Positions 1 through 10,602 of a stretch of DNA of 47,298 nucleotides are shown here, one piece after another. This stretch comes from Legionellales bacterium (lineage in GTDB: Bacteria > Pseudomonadota > Gammaproteobacteria > Eutrophobiales > Eutrophobiaceae). Each line of letters starts with the position of its first letter. Within the stretch, counting starts at the first letter, position 1. The stretch covers positions 1 to 47,298 of the forward strand of contig NZJM01000061.1 in the NCBI GenBank assembly GCA_002692205.1. Direction: 5' to 3'. The position numbers and the translations under genes are program-made. The notes beneath the pieces were generated by a model. It did no database searches. It was not told the DNA's origin and was given only the letters and a program-made list of their open reading frames with translations.

Positions 1-136
1 TTTTTTTGAAGGTTTATTTTTCTTAATTTTTGTTATTTTTAAAAGCTTTTAGGATGTATTGAGGTTGTTTTTTAAATAAATAAAAAATATTAAGTTAGCT
101 ACTACGTTATTTTTTACATGTTAATATTTATTCATC

Positions 137-925
137 ATGATTCCATACCCCAGCATTGATCCTGTTGCATTTGATTTAGGATTTATATCAGTTTACTGGT
201 ATGGCATCAGCTATTTTATCGGCATATCAATTGCTTGGATTTTATTACGATATCGTTCTTCTAATTCACCGCTGGCATTAAATAATGAGAAAATAGCAGA
301 CTTAGTTTTTTTTGGAATGGTCGGAATTATACTTGGCGGCCGTCTTGGCTCAATAATTTTTTACAACCTAGGCTATTATCTAGAGAATCCGATTGAAATT
401 TTTTATATTCATCAAGGTGGGATGTCATTTCATGGAGGCTTAATCGGGGTTATTGTTGCTATGTATTTATTTAGCATCAAAACAAAGACATCTTTTTTCA
501 AGCTCACTGATTTTATTGCACCAGTTATCCCAATTGGACTTGGTTGCGGAAGAATTGGCAATTTCATTAATGGCGAGCTTTGGGGCTCGCCCAGTAATTT
601 ACCTTGGGCTATGATTTTTCCGGATCCAGCCGCTGGTAATATTCCAAGACATCCTACACAAATTTACGAGGCGTTCTTTGAGGGTATCATTCTTTTTCTA
701 ATACTCTGGTGGTTTACGAGAATTTCAAGGCCAGTGATGGCTGCATCTGGTTTGTTTTTACTTTGTTATGGCACAATGAGATTCTTAATTGAATTTGTTC
801 GAGTACCAGATCAACACATTGGCTACGTAGCATTTGATTGGTTAACAATGGGACAACTTCTTTCGATGCCTATGGTAATCTTTGGCACCTTATTTTTTAT
901 AATTGCTTATCGAAAAGAAAATTAA
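137..925 (+). CDS. lgt: Prolipoprotein diacylglyceryl transferase
   Basis: Motifs GGMSFHGG, GRIGNFINGELWG, RHPTQIYE; typical lgt-thyA linkage. Confidence 0.97.
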   Translation: MIPYPSIDPVAFDLGFISVYWYGISYFIGISIAWILLRYRSSNSPLALNNEKIADLVFFGMVGIILGGRLGSIIFYNLGYYLENPIEIFYIHQGGMSFHGGLIGVIVAMYLFSIKTKTSFFKLTDFIAPVIPIGLGCGRIGNFINGELWGSPSNLPWAMIFPDPAAGNIPRHPTQIYEAFFEGIILFLILWWFTRISRPVMAASGLFLLCYGTMRFLIEFVRVPDQHIGYVAFDWLTMGQLLSMPMVIFGTLFFIIAYRKEN

Positions 926-959
926 TTAAAAATATTAATATAAGTTAAAGAGAGATGCA

Positions 960-1751
960 GTGGAACAATACTTAAACTTACTTCGTCATGTAAAATCGGA
1001 AGGTATAAAGAAAAAAGACCGAACCGGTGTTGGCACACTGAGTGTATTTGGCTATCAAATGCGGTTTGATCTGAGTGACGGGTTTCCTTTGGTTACAACG
1101 AAAGAAGTGCATTTGAAATCGATCATTTATGAATTACTTTGGTTTTTACAGGGCGACACAAATGTAAAATATCTAAATGATAATGGTATTACAATCTGGG
1201 ATGAGTGGGCAAACGAGGCCGGAGAGCTAGGTCCTGTTTATGGGGCACAATGGCGTTCATGGCAGACTAAAGATGGGGTAGTGGACCAAATTACAAATGT
1301 GATTAATCAAATTAAAGATAGTCCTGAATCTCGTCGCTTAATTGTCAGTGCATGGAATGTTGGCGAGATAAATAATATGGCTTTGGCGCCTTGTCATGCA
1401 TTTTTTCAATTTTATGTTGTTGATGGAAAATTATCATGTCAGCTTTATCAACGAAGTGCCGATATTTTTCTTGGTGTTCCTTTTAATATTGCTTCTTATG
1501 CGCTGTTATTAATGATGATTGCTAAAGTAACTAAATTAAGTCCTGGAGAGTTTGTTCATACTTTTGGCGATGCACACCTATACTTGAATCATTTAGAACA
1601 AGTGGATGAGCAATTAAAACGTAAGCCTTTCCCATTACCTAAGATGCAATTAAATACAAAAATCGACGATATATTTAAATTCAAATACGAACATTTTGAA
1701 CTTATTAACTATCACTCGCACCCAAAAATTTCAGCTCCGATTGCTGTCTAA
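960..1751 (+). CDS. thyA: Thymidylate synthase
   Basis: [39 protein letters not shown]; GTG start. Confidence 0.98.
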   Translation: MEQYLNLLRHVKSEGIKKKDRTGVGTLSVFGYQMRFDLSDGFPLVTTKEVHLKSIIYELLWFLQGDTNVKYLNDNGITIWDEWANEAGELGPVYGAQWRSWQTKDGVVDQITNVINQIKDSPESRRLIVSAWNVGEINNMALAPCHAFFQFYVVDGKLSCQLYQRSADIFLGVPFNIASYALLLMMIAKVTKLSPGEFVHTFGDAHLYLNHLEQVDEQLKRKPFPLPKMQLNTKIDDIFKFKYEHFELINYHSHPKISAPIAV

Positions 1752-1787
1752 ATATATATATATTATGAATTGGTTATCTTAATAATT

Positions 1788-2273
1788 ATGCAGTTATCGA
1801 TAATAGTTGCTATGGATAAAAATCGATTGATTGGCGCGAATGACGCTTTACCATGGCGTATTCCATCTGATTTAAAAAACTTTAGAAGAATAACAATGGG
1901 TAAACCAATCTTAATGGGAAGAAGGACTCATGAATCTATAGGTAGAGTGCTTCCTGGACGTGAAAATATAGTGCTCACAAAAAATAAAAACTACGTCGCG
2001 GAAGGATGCACGGTAAAAAATACCTTAGATGAGGTTTATTCATATTGCGACAACGAGGATGAATTATTTGTTATGGGTGGAGCCATTTTATATTCACAAA
2101 CTTTAATTGTAGCGAGAAGACTTTATATTACAGAGATTGATGCGAGCGTAAGTGGAGATACGTTTTTTCCTGAGTATAGTCGTGCGGAGTGGGAAGAAAT
2201 TGCAAGGGAAAATTATAAAGCAGATGAAGAAAACGAATTTGACTATAGTTTTACAATATTAAAAAGGAAATGA
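1788..2273 (+). CDS. folA: Dihydrofolate reductase
   Basis: IG..DALPW.IPSDL, MGRRTHESIG.LPGR.N, GDTFFP; ATG at 1788 preferred over the ORF-track start at 1770. Confidence 0.95.
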   Translation: MQLSIIVAMDKNRLIGANDALPWRIPSDLKNFRRITMGKPILMGRRTHESIGRVLPGRENIVLTKNKNYVAEGCTVKNTLDEVYSYCDNEDELFVMGGAILYSQTLIVARRLYITEIDASVSGDTFFPEYSRAEWEEIARENYKADEENEFDYSFTILKRK

Positions 2274-2282
2274 TGTGATGTT

Positions 2283-3116
2283 TTAAATTTTTTTTTGTTC
2301 AGAAGGAACGCTAAATATTTCCTCATTTTCCAATCTCATGGCTGTTAATTTCCCTCCCCATAAGCAGCCAGTATCTAATGGGTATACATTATGATCCTTG
2401 AAATTTTTTTCATTACCAAGGTGTACTGTTGACCAGTGCCCAAAAATTATTTTGTCATTTTTGGTTTCTCGATTTGGTAATGAATACCATGGAACTAAAC
2501 CTATATTTTGTTTTCCAGGCTCTACCTTAGTATTTAATTCAATCTCACCATTATTTTTACAAAAACGAATACGAGTAAAACAATTAATAATAAATCGTTG
2601 TCTTGCATAATTATCTAGTGAATCTGTCCAGATATTTGGTGTATCACCATACATGTTAGTTAGTAACCCATTCTTTTTTTTACTTTGCAAAATTACTTCA
2701 CATTCTTTAGCAAGCATACGCGCAGTTTCTAGTGACCATTGTGGCGGAAGCCCAGCATGGATCATTGTGAAATTTAGATCGGAGTCAGTTATTAGAAAAG
2801 GAAGAGCTTTTAACCAGGTGATTAATTCATCTAAATCATCAGCAATTAAAATCTGATCGATCGTATCGTTTTTTGATAATGCTCTAACATTACTCGCTAC
2901 TGCAAGTAGATGTAAGTCATGATTACCTAGAACGACTTTAGCATTATCTCCAAGTTTTTTAATAAATCGAAGTGTCTCTAAAGACTGTGGCCCTCTGTTG
3001 ACCAAGTCGCCAGAAAACCAAAGAATATCTTCTCGCTCATTAAAGTTTATTTCGTTGAGCAAATTTTGGAGTTCTAAATAGCAACCTTGGATGTCCCCTA
3101 TAGCATAGGTGGCCAT
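2283..3116 (-). CDS. apaH: Symmetrical bis(5'-nucleosyl)-tetraphosphatase
   Basis: MATYAIGDIQGC, GDLVNRGP, LGNHDLHL, FGHWS, LDTGC metallophosphoesterase motifs; follows apaG. Confidence 0.96.
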   Translation of the reverse strand: MATYAIGDIQGCYLELQNLLNEINFNEREDILWFSGDLVNRGPQSLETLRFIKKLGDNAKVVLGNHDLHLLAVASNVRALSKNDTIDQILIADDLDELITWLKALPFLITDSDLNFTMIHAGLPPQWSLETARMLAKECEVILQSKKKNGLLTNMYGDTPNIWTDSLDNYARQRFIINCFTRIRFCKNNGEIELNTKVEPGKQNIGLVPWYSLPNRETKNDKIIFGHWSTVHLGNEKNFKDHNVYPLDTGCLWGGKLTAMRLENEEIFSVPSEQKKI

Positions 3117-3118
3117 TA

Positions 3119-3499
3119 TCAATGAAGTGTATTTGGTGCCGCAAGATTGAATACTGGTATTGGAGCATCAAACTCAATCCCATCATCACCAATCATTTCA
3201 TATGAACCTTGCATGCAGCCAACCGGCGTTTCTAAAATTGCTGCACTGGTATATTCATAAGATTCACCTGGCATGATATGTGGCTGAACTCCTACAACAC
3301 CTTCACCTCTAACTTCTTGCACTTTACAATTTGCATCTGTAATTAACCAATGTCGACGCAGTAGTGTTGCAGCAGTTTGACCGGTGTTAGTAACTTTAAT
3401 TGTATAAGCAAAAACATATCGCCCTTCTTCAGGGAGTGATTGCTCAGAGATATAATTAATCTCTGTATCAATACTGATATCATATTGTTTGTTTGTCAT
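3119..3499 (-). CDS. apaG: ApaG protein
   Basis: YVFAYTI, RHWLITDAN, VRGEGVVGVQP, MQGSYEM. Confidence 0.96.
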   Translation of the reverse strand: MTNKQYDISIDTEINYISEQSLPEEGRYVFAYTIKVTNTGQTAATLLRRHWLITDANCKVQEVRGEGVVGVQPHIMPGESYEYTSAAILETPVGCMQGSYEMIGDDGIEFDAPIPVFNLAAPNTLH

Positions 3500-3511
3500 A
3501 GCTATATTTTT

Positions 3512-3772
3512 TTAATTATCAGAGTTATTTTTTTCTAATTGTTTTTCCATGTCAGATAACTTTTCTTGTAATGCTTCAAGCTTTACCCTTGTTCGACTTA
3601 ATAGCGACATTTGTATATCGAATTCTTCACGGGTCACAAGTTCCATTTTTGAAAATGCAGCATTTAAAGTCGCTCGTACATTTTTTTCGACATCTTCTTT
3701 TAGAGCATCCATATCTTCTGGCAGAACCTTTCCGATGTCTGAGACTATGGCTTCAATTTTTTCTTTTAACAT
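3512..3772 (-). CDS. ubiK: Ubiquinone biosynthesis accessory factor UbiK (YqiC/BMFP family)
   Basis: LVTREEFD motif followed by a coiled coil; divergent from glnK-amtB as in many proteobacteria. Confidence 0.9.
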   Translation of the reverse strand: MLKEKIEAIVSDIGKVLPEDMDALKEDVEKNVRATLNAAFSKMELVTREEFDIQMSLLSRTRVKLEALQEKLSDMEKQLEKNNSDN

Positions 3773-3867
3773 GTTTTATTCCTGTTTTTTCTAATCTTAT
3801 GTTTTGACTTGATGGATGTCATTTAATTTTTTGATAGAGAAACAATCAATGCGGCCATCAAATAATT

Positions 3868-3884
3868 TGCACTAATTTAGTGCA
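3868..3884. promoter_or_regulatory. NtrC binding site (enhancer)
   Basis: Perfect inverted repeat TGCACTAA-T-TTAGTGCA resembling the TGCAC-N7-GTGCA NtrC consensus, about 105 bp upstream of a sigma54 -24 element. Confidence 0.85.
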
Positions 3885-3957
3885 TACACGCCTATTTTTG
3901 TACATTCAATCTTATAAAATATGTTTTATTTTTCCTATTCATAGTCAGAAAGTTACT

Positions 3958-3970
3958 TAATTTATTGATT
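3958..3970 (-). promoter_or_regulatory. Putative IHF site
   Basis: Minus strand AATCAA-TAAA-TTA matches WATCAANNNNTTR and lies between enhancer and promoter; AT-rich background lowers specificity. Confidence 0.5.
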
Positions 3971-3989
3971 TTTAATAATAAATGAAAAT

Positions 3990-4005
3990 TGGCACGCAAG
4001 ATGCA
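3990..4005 (+). promoter_or_regulatory. Sigma54 (-24/-12) promoter
   Basis: TGGCAC-GCAAG-ATGCA, with GG-N10-GC spacing, upstream of porin-glnK-amtB. Confidence 0.85.
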
Positions 4006-4077
4006 TTGATTAAAGCTAACTAGAATTAAATTTTTAGTTTTACTAAACATAACACAATTGTATAGAGAGGAAAAAAC

Positions 4078-5198
<1,121 letters not shown>

Positions 5199-5224
5199 AC
5201 CTAATTTCTTAAGGAGATAAAATA

Positions 5225-6562
5225 GTGAAACGTTTAATAAGTTTTTTATTTAACAAAGAAGGCTTAACAAGCACCGCATTTGGTTTGATTACCTTGTTAG
5301 CACCATCGCTTGTTTTAGCCGATGAATTAAATTCTGGTGATACCGCTTGGATGATTACCGCAACTGTATTAGTTCTCATGATGACTATCCCCGGATTGAG
5401 TTTATTTTATGCAGGAATGGTTAGGAGCAAAAACGTATTGTCAGTAATGATGCAGTGTTTTGCGATAACTTGCATGGTTACAGTTATTTGGGTTGTATAT
5501 GGCTATAGCATGGCTTTTGATACAACTGGAATGGAAGCAGGTGTTATTAATTTAAATTCTATTATTGGTGGTTTTGGGAATACATTTTTGCAAGGCATAA
5601 GTGTCGACTCAATATCTGGCACAATACCGGAATCTGTTTTTGCAACTTTCCAATTAACTTTCGCAATTATAACTCCCGCACTTATTGTCGGTGCTTTTGC
5701 TGAAAGAATGAAATTTTCGACCATGATGGTATTTATAGCCGTTTGGGTAACAGTTTGTTACTTCCCAATGGTACACATGGTTTGGGCTGGTGATGGCGGT
5801 TTACTCTGGGACTGGGGTATTATTGATTTTGCTGGCGGTACTGTTGTACATATTAATGCAGGTATTGCGGGACTTGTTGCTGCAATCATGCTCGGTAGAC
5901 GTAAGGGATTTCCTTCTGTTGCCATGCCACCACATAACTTAACTTTATCAGTGATTGGCGCCTCAATGTTATGGGTAGGTTGGTTTGGTTTCAATGCCGG
6001 TTCTGAATTAGCTGCAGATACGACTACAGGAATGGCAATGTTAGTTACGCAAATCGCAACCGCAACTGCTGCTTTGGCTTGGATGATTGTTGAATGGAAT
6101 ACCCATGGAAAACCAAGTGTTTTAGGTATCATAACAGGTGCAGTCGCTGGATTAGTCGCGATTACACCAGCTTCTGGTACAGTTGGCCCTCAAGGTGCGC
6201 TATTAATTGGACTTGCAGCTGGCGCTGGATGTTTCTTTGCTTCAACAACATTAAAACGCACATTGGGATACGATGATTCTCTCGATGTCTTCGGTGTCCA
6301 TGCCGTGGGCGGTATTATCGGTGCAATTCTAACTGGACTTTTTACAGCATCTGAATGGGGCGGTGTAGGTTTAGATGTAAGTACTGCTAGTCAGATGTGG
6401 ATTCAAACCAAGAGTGTTCTATTCACGATAGTTTATACAGGCGTCTTAACTACCATTATTTTAATGGTGCTAGATTCGGTTATGGGTCTGCGTGTGACGG
6501 AAGAAGATGAAGTCGGTGGCCTTGATGTTAACTCTCATAATGAGAGAGGCTATATTTTATAG
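5225..6562 (+). CDS. amtB: Ammonium transporter AmtB, copy 1
   Basis: DFAGGTVVH, WFGFNAGS, DDSLDVFGVH (twin His), C-terminal GLD..SH.E..Y; GTG start with AAGGAG RBS. Confidence 0.97.
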   Translation: MKRLISFLFNKEGLTSTAFGLITLLAPSLVLADELNSGDTAWMITATVLVLMMTIPGLSLFYAGMVRSKNVLSVMMQCFAITCMVTVIWVVYGYSMAFDTTGMEAGVINLNSIIGGFGNTFLQGISVDSISGTIPESVFATFQLTFAIITPALIVGAFAERMKFSTMMVFIAVWVTVCYFPMVHMVWAGDGGLLWDWGIIDFAGGTVVHINAGIAGLVAAIMLGRRKGFPSVAMPPHNLTLSVIGASMLWVGWFGFNAGSELAADTTTGMAMLVTQIATATAALAWMIVEWNTHGKPSVLGIITGAVAGLVAITPASGTVGPQGALLIGLAAGAGCFFASTTLKRTLGYDDSLDVFGVHAVGGIIGAILTGLFTASEWGGVGLDVSTASQMWIQTKSVLFTIVYTGVLTTIILMVLDSVMGLRVTEEDEVGGLDVNSHNERGYIL

Positions 6563-6596
6563 TTTATATGCTCATTATATTTTCCTCCCTAATATT

Positions 6597-6624
6597 AAAC
6601 GGGTCTCACGACCCGTTTTTTTTT
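6597..6624 (+). terminator. Intrinsic terminator after amtB1
   Basis: AAACGGGTC-TCAC-GACCCGTTT followed by a T run. Confidence 0.9.
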
Positions 6625-6717
6625 ACCTTAAATTTATTAGTTTATGTCTTAATGTGGATAAATTGCTTTAAATGTACATAATAAAAAACACTAGTTTGAA
6701 CCCAAAATTAACTATTT

Positions 6718-6744
6718 TTGACGGAAGTACTGCGTTAATATGAT
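6718..6744 (+). promoter_or_regulatory. Possible sigma70 promoter for glnK2-amtB2
   Basis: TTGACG-N15-TATGAT; the spacer is short, so tentative. Confidence 0.35.
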
Positions 6745-6764
6745 ACGGTTTTTTACAATAATAA

Positions 6765-7121
<357 letters not shown>

Positions 7122-7204
7122 TGATAAAAATAATTTTCACTTAAGAGGTTAATTAAGAATCATACTAATCAAGAGGATATTTTAAGGATAACCAGGGGGA
7201 ACTA

Positions 7205-8476
7205 ATGAGTCGAATTTTAATATTATTAATTACAATATTTCCGAGTCTAGTCTTTGCTGATGAGCTAAATTCAGGTGATACCGCATGGATTTTAACTTCG
7301 ACTGCGCTAGTTTTATTTATGACATTACCCGGACTTGCTTTATTTTATTCTGGGTTAGTGCGAGCAAAAAATGTATTGTCAGTACTGATGCAATGTTTTG
7401 CTATTGCATGTCTAGTTTCAGTTTTATGGTTGGTGTTCGTCTATGGTTTAGCTTTTGGTGACGGGGGAACAATAAATAAAATCGTTGGCCTTGGAAACAT
7501 AATGCTTTCCGATGTGAACATAGAAACCGTGAACGGCACAATCCCAGAAATTCTTTTCTTTATGTTCCAGATGACCTTCGCGATTATAACACCCGCATTA
7601 ATTGTTGGTGGCTTTGCAGAGAGAATGAAGTTTTCCTCTGTACTTTTGTTTACCACGTTTTGGTTGGTGCTTGTTTATGCGCCAGTTTGTCATTGGGTTT
7701 GGGGCGGAGGTTGGCTTGGTGATATAGGCTTCATGGATTTTGCTGGTGGGGCAGTTGTGCATATTAATGCAGGTGTTGCCGCGATTGTTGCAGCTATCGT
7801 GCTTGGAAATCGTAGAGGTTTTCCTGGCACACCAATGACTCCGCATAATATGGCAATAACAGTTGCGGGTGCTTCTATGTTATGGGTTGGTTGGTTCGGT
7901 TTTAATGCTGGTAGTGCCCTAACATCAGGTGGTGCTGCTGGAATGGCTATGGCCGTTACACATATTTCAGCTGCTGCTGGTTCTTTGGCTTGGATGGTCT
8001 GCGAGTGGTATAAATCTGGGAAACCAACCGTTCTTGGCATCGTAACAGGCATGGTAGCTGGATTGGGTACAATAACGCCAGCATCAGGTTATGTTGGACC
8101 ATTAGGCGGTTTAATTATAGGTATTTCAGCCGGGGTAGTGTGCTACTTTGCAACGCAGTACATTAAACGTGTATTAAAAATTGATGATTCACTCGATGTG
8201 TTTCCAGTTCATGGTGTTGGCGGTATTTTAGGTTGCTTATTAACCGCTGTCTTTTATTCAAATTCATACGGTGGACTAGGAGAAGATGGTTATTCAATAT
8301 CTTCCCAATTGGGAATACAAGCAACTGGAGTGATAGCGACCGTAGTATGGTGTGCGGTAGTTACTTTCTTTATTTTAAAATTGGTAGATATGATGGTGGG
8401 TCTCAGAGTTGATGAAGATGAGGAAACCGAGGGTTTAGATATCGTTCTACATAATGAAAGAGGCTACAATATCTAA
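7205..8476 (+). CDS. amtB: Ammonium transporter AmtB, copy 2
   Basis: DFAGGAVVH, WFGFNAGS, DDSLDVFPVH, GLDIVLHNERGY. Confidence 0.97.
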   Translation: MSRILILLITIFPSLVFADELNSGDTAWILTSTALVLFMTLPGLALFYSGLVRAKNVLSVLMQCFAIACLVSVLWLVFVYGLAFGDGGTINKIVGLGNIMLSDVNIETVNGTIPEILFFMFQMTFAIITPALIVGGFAERMKFSSVLLFTTFWLVLVYAPVCHWVWGGGWLGDIGFMDFAGGAVVHINAGVAAIVAAIVLGNRRGFPGTPMTPHNMAITVAGASMLWVGWFGFNAGSALTSGGAAGMAMAVTHISAAAGSLAWMVCEWYKSGKPTVLGIVTGMVAGLGTITPASGYVGPLGGLIIGISAGVVCYFATQYIKRVLKIDDSLDVFPVHGVGGILGCLLTAVFYSNSYGGLGEDGYSISSQLGIQATGVIATVVWCAVVTFFILKLVDMMVGLRVDEDEETEGLDIVLHNERGYNI

Positions 8477-8491
8477 AATTTTCCGTAATTT

Positions 8492-8533
8492 AAAAAAAAC
8501 CTGCTACGTTAATAATAGCGTAGCAGGTTTTTT
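8492..8533 (+). terminator. Intrinsic (potentially bidirectional) terminator after amtB2
   Basis: A8-CCTGCTACG...CGTAGCAGG-T6. Confidence 0.9.
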
Positions 8534-8609
8534 ATTAAGGCAAATACATTATTTGGCTTGAATATAATATAATGTAAGCGAATATTTTTATTTTGAAGGA
8601 TAATACCGA

Positions 8610-9704
8610 ATGGCTGAACCGATTGACAAAACGATATTGAAAAATTTTGTTCCAGCAAATGCGCTTAAATCAGAAAACTTTGAGGAATTAGCTAGTAAAA
8701 CTTTTGTTGAGAATGTTGCTGCTGGTGAAATAATCTTTAAAGCAGGTGATAGTGACAAAAAAGCGGTTTATATTGTGGAGGGACAGGTTGAGATATCCGC
8801 TGCTGAAAATATTCCCAATGATAATGAAACAGTGCCCGGCGCTTATTCAGTTGAGGCAGGTACGGAGAAAGCAAAACATGCTATTGCAAATCGACAGCCA
8901 AGAAAGCAAACGGCAAAAGCAGTGGTGGGTTGCAAGATTATTAGGATTGATAGTGACTTGCTTGACATTCTGCTCACCTGGGATCAATTGTCCGGCATCG
9001 AAGTATCAGATATTCATGCTGATGACACATCAAATCAAAATGATAATAATAATGAAGAATCTGATTGGATGACCAGTATTCTCCAGTCTAAAGCTTTTCT
9101 ACAAGTTCCACCTGCAAATATTCAGACAATGTTTATGCGTATGCAAGAGTTACCGGTTAAGGCAGGTACGGAAATAATTAAGCAAGGCGATGACGGGGAT
9201 TACTATTACATTATCAAGCAAGGCAAATGTAAGGTTACTCGTAACTCAAGAACAGGAGCAGCCCTCACATTAGCTACGATAACTGTTGGTGATGCATTTG
9301 GTGAGGAAGCATTATTGTCTGATGCCAAACGAAACGCCAATGTGATTATGGAAACAAGCGGCTCGTTAATGCGACTTTCCAAGGACGATTTCAATGCGCT
9401 ATTAAAAGAACCTATGTTGAGTTGGTTGACAGAAGAAGAGGCTGAGGCAATGGTTAACGACGGAGCGGCAACTTGGATTGATGTTAGGCTTGAATCAGAA
9501 CATAAGGATTCTGGGATAAAGGGGAGTATTAATATCCCGTTAATCACCTTGAGGATAAAAGCTGCTTCGTTAGATCCTAAAAAGAAATACATAGTTTATT
9601 GTGATAGTGGTCGACGTAGTTCTGCAGCTGCTTTTTTATTGAGCGAACGAGGTATAGATGCTTATTGTCTTAAAGGCGGAATAGTCGAACGGACTGGTAA
9701 TTAA
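8610..9704 (+). CDS. Tandem cyclic-nucleotide-binding domain protein with C-terminal rhodanese domain
   Basis: CNB1 IFKAGD..YIVEGQV; CNB2 IIKQGDDGDYYYII..GDAFGEEALL...RNANV; rhodanese WIDVR, SINIPL, VYCDSGRRS, CLKGG. Confidence 0.85.
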   Translation: MAEPIDKTILKNFVPANALKSENFEELASKTFVENVAAGEIIFKAGDSDKKAVYIVEGQVEISAAENIPNDNETVPGAYSVEAGTEKAKHAIANRQPRKQTAKAVVGCKIIRIDSDLLDILLTWDQLSGIEVSDIHADDTSNQNDNNNEESDWMTSILQSKAFLQVPPANIQTMFMRMQELPVKAGTEIIKQGDDGDYYYIIKQGKCKVTRNSRTGAALTLATITVGDAFGEEALLSDAKRNANVIMETSGSLMRLSKDDFNALLKEPMLSWLTEEEAEAMVNDGAATWIDVRLESEHKDSGIKGSINIPLITLRIKAASLDPKKKYIVYCDSGRRSSAAAFLLSERGIDAYCLKGGIVERTGN

Positions 9705-9740
9705 AATTCCTACCTTGAAAATAAAAAATCAATAATCACT

Positions 9741-10586
9741 GTGACCAACGAACTGATTAATAATAGTTCAGTAGCTAATTATGCTGTATTAGGTAACCCT
9801 ATAAGCCATAGCATGTCCCCTAAAATACATAGCTTATTCGCGAAACAAATGGGGATATCACTGGAATATCAAGCTATTGAAGTTCCATTAGATAAACTTG
9901 GACCTTATGTAACTTTATTCTCTTCAGAGGGCGGCAAAGGTTTAAATATTACTATTCCTTTTAAAGAAAATGCTTATCTATTATGTACAGATTTGACTAA
10001 ACGAGCCAAAGAATCTGGATCGGTTAATACAATTAAGTTTGATGAAAAAACAAAAATTATTGGTGATACAACTGATGGGCAAGGGTTACTTAATGACTTA
10101 ATAAAAAATTATAATATCAGTCTAAAAGAAAAAACCATTTTAATATTAGGAGCCGGGGGTACAGTTAGATCAATTATTCAAAGATTGATATCAGAAGAGA
10201 TTAAAGAAATAGTTATTGTGAACCGGACAGTTTCACGCGCGAAAGATTTAGAAAAAAAATTTAATAATAAAATTAATATAAAGGCATATTCATATGAAGC
10301 TCTACCTCGTCATGCGTTCAACCTGATTATAAATGCAACTTCATTAAGTTTGTCATCAAAGATTCCACTAGTTTCAAAAGAAATTATCAATAAGAATACT
10401 TTTTGTTATGACTTAATGTACTCAAATAATGAGACTATATTTACAAAGTGGGCAATTGAAAATGGTGCAATGAGAGCAGTTGATGGATTGGGTATGTTAG
10501 TTGAACAGGCGGCGGAGTCATTTTTTATATGGCATGGGGTGAAGCCAGATACAGCTAAAGTAATCAGCGCTTTAAAGAATTATTAA
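9741..10586 (+). CDS. aroE: Shikimate dehydrogenase
   Basis: GNPISHSMSP, NITIPFK, SVNT, GAGG, NRT, DGLGMLVEQA. Confidence 0.95.
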   Translation: MTNELINNSSVANYAVLGNPISHSMSPKIHSLFAKQMGISLEYQAIEVPLDKLGPYVTLFSSEGGKGLNITIPFKENAYLLCTDLTKRAKESGSVNTIKFDEKTKIIGDTTDGQGLLNDLIKNYNISLKEKTILILGAGGTVRSIIQRLISEEIKEIVIVNRTVSRAKDLEKKFNNKINIKAYSYEALPRHAFNLIINATSLSLSSKIPLVSKEIINKNTFCYDLMYSNNETIFTKWAIENGAMRAVDGLGMLVEQAAESFFIWHGVKPDTAKVISALKNY

Positions 10587-10602
10587 AATTTGGTAATTAT
10601 AT

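Noticed and set aside
3809-3861. TTGAT...ATCAA and TTGATGG...CCATCAA inverted repeats as an FNR box
   Set aside because: The spacing is N9, not the N4 of FNR sites; short repeats are expected in AT-rich DNA.
6564-6590. Minus-strand SD plus ATG giving a 3-codon ORF (MSI)
   Set aside because: Too short, with no evident promoter; better explained as a plus-strand anti-SD seed, or chance.
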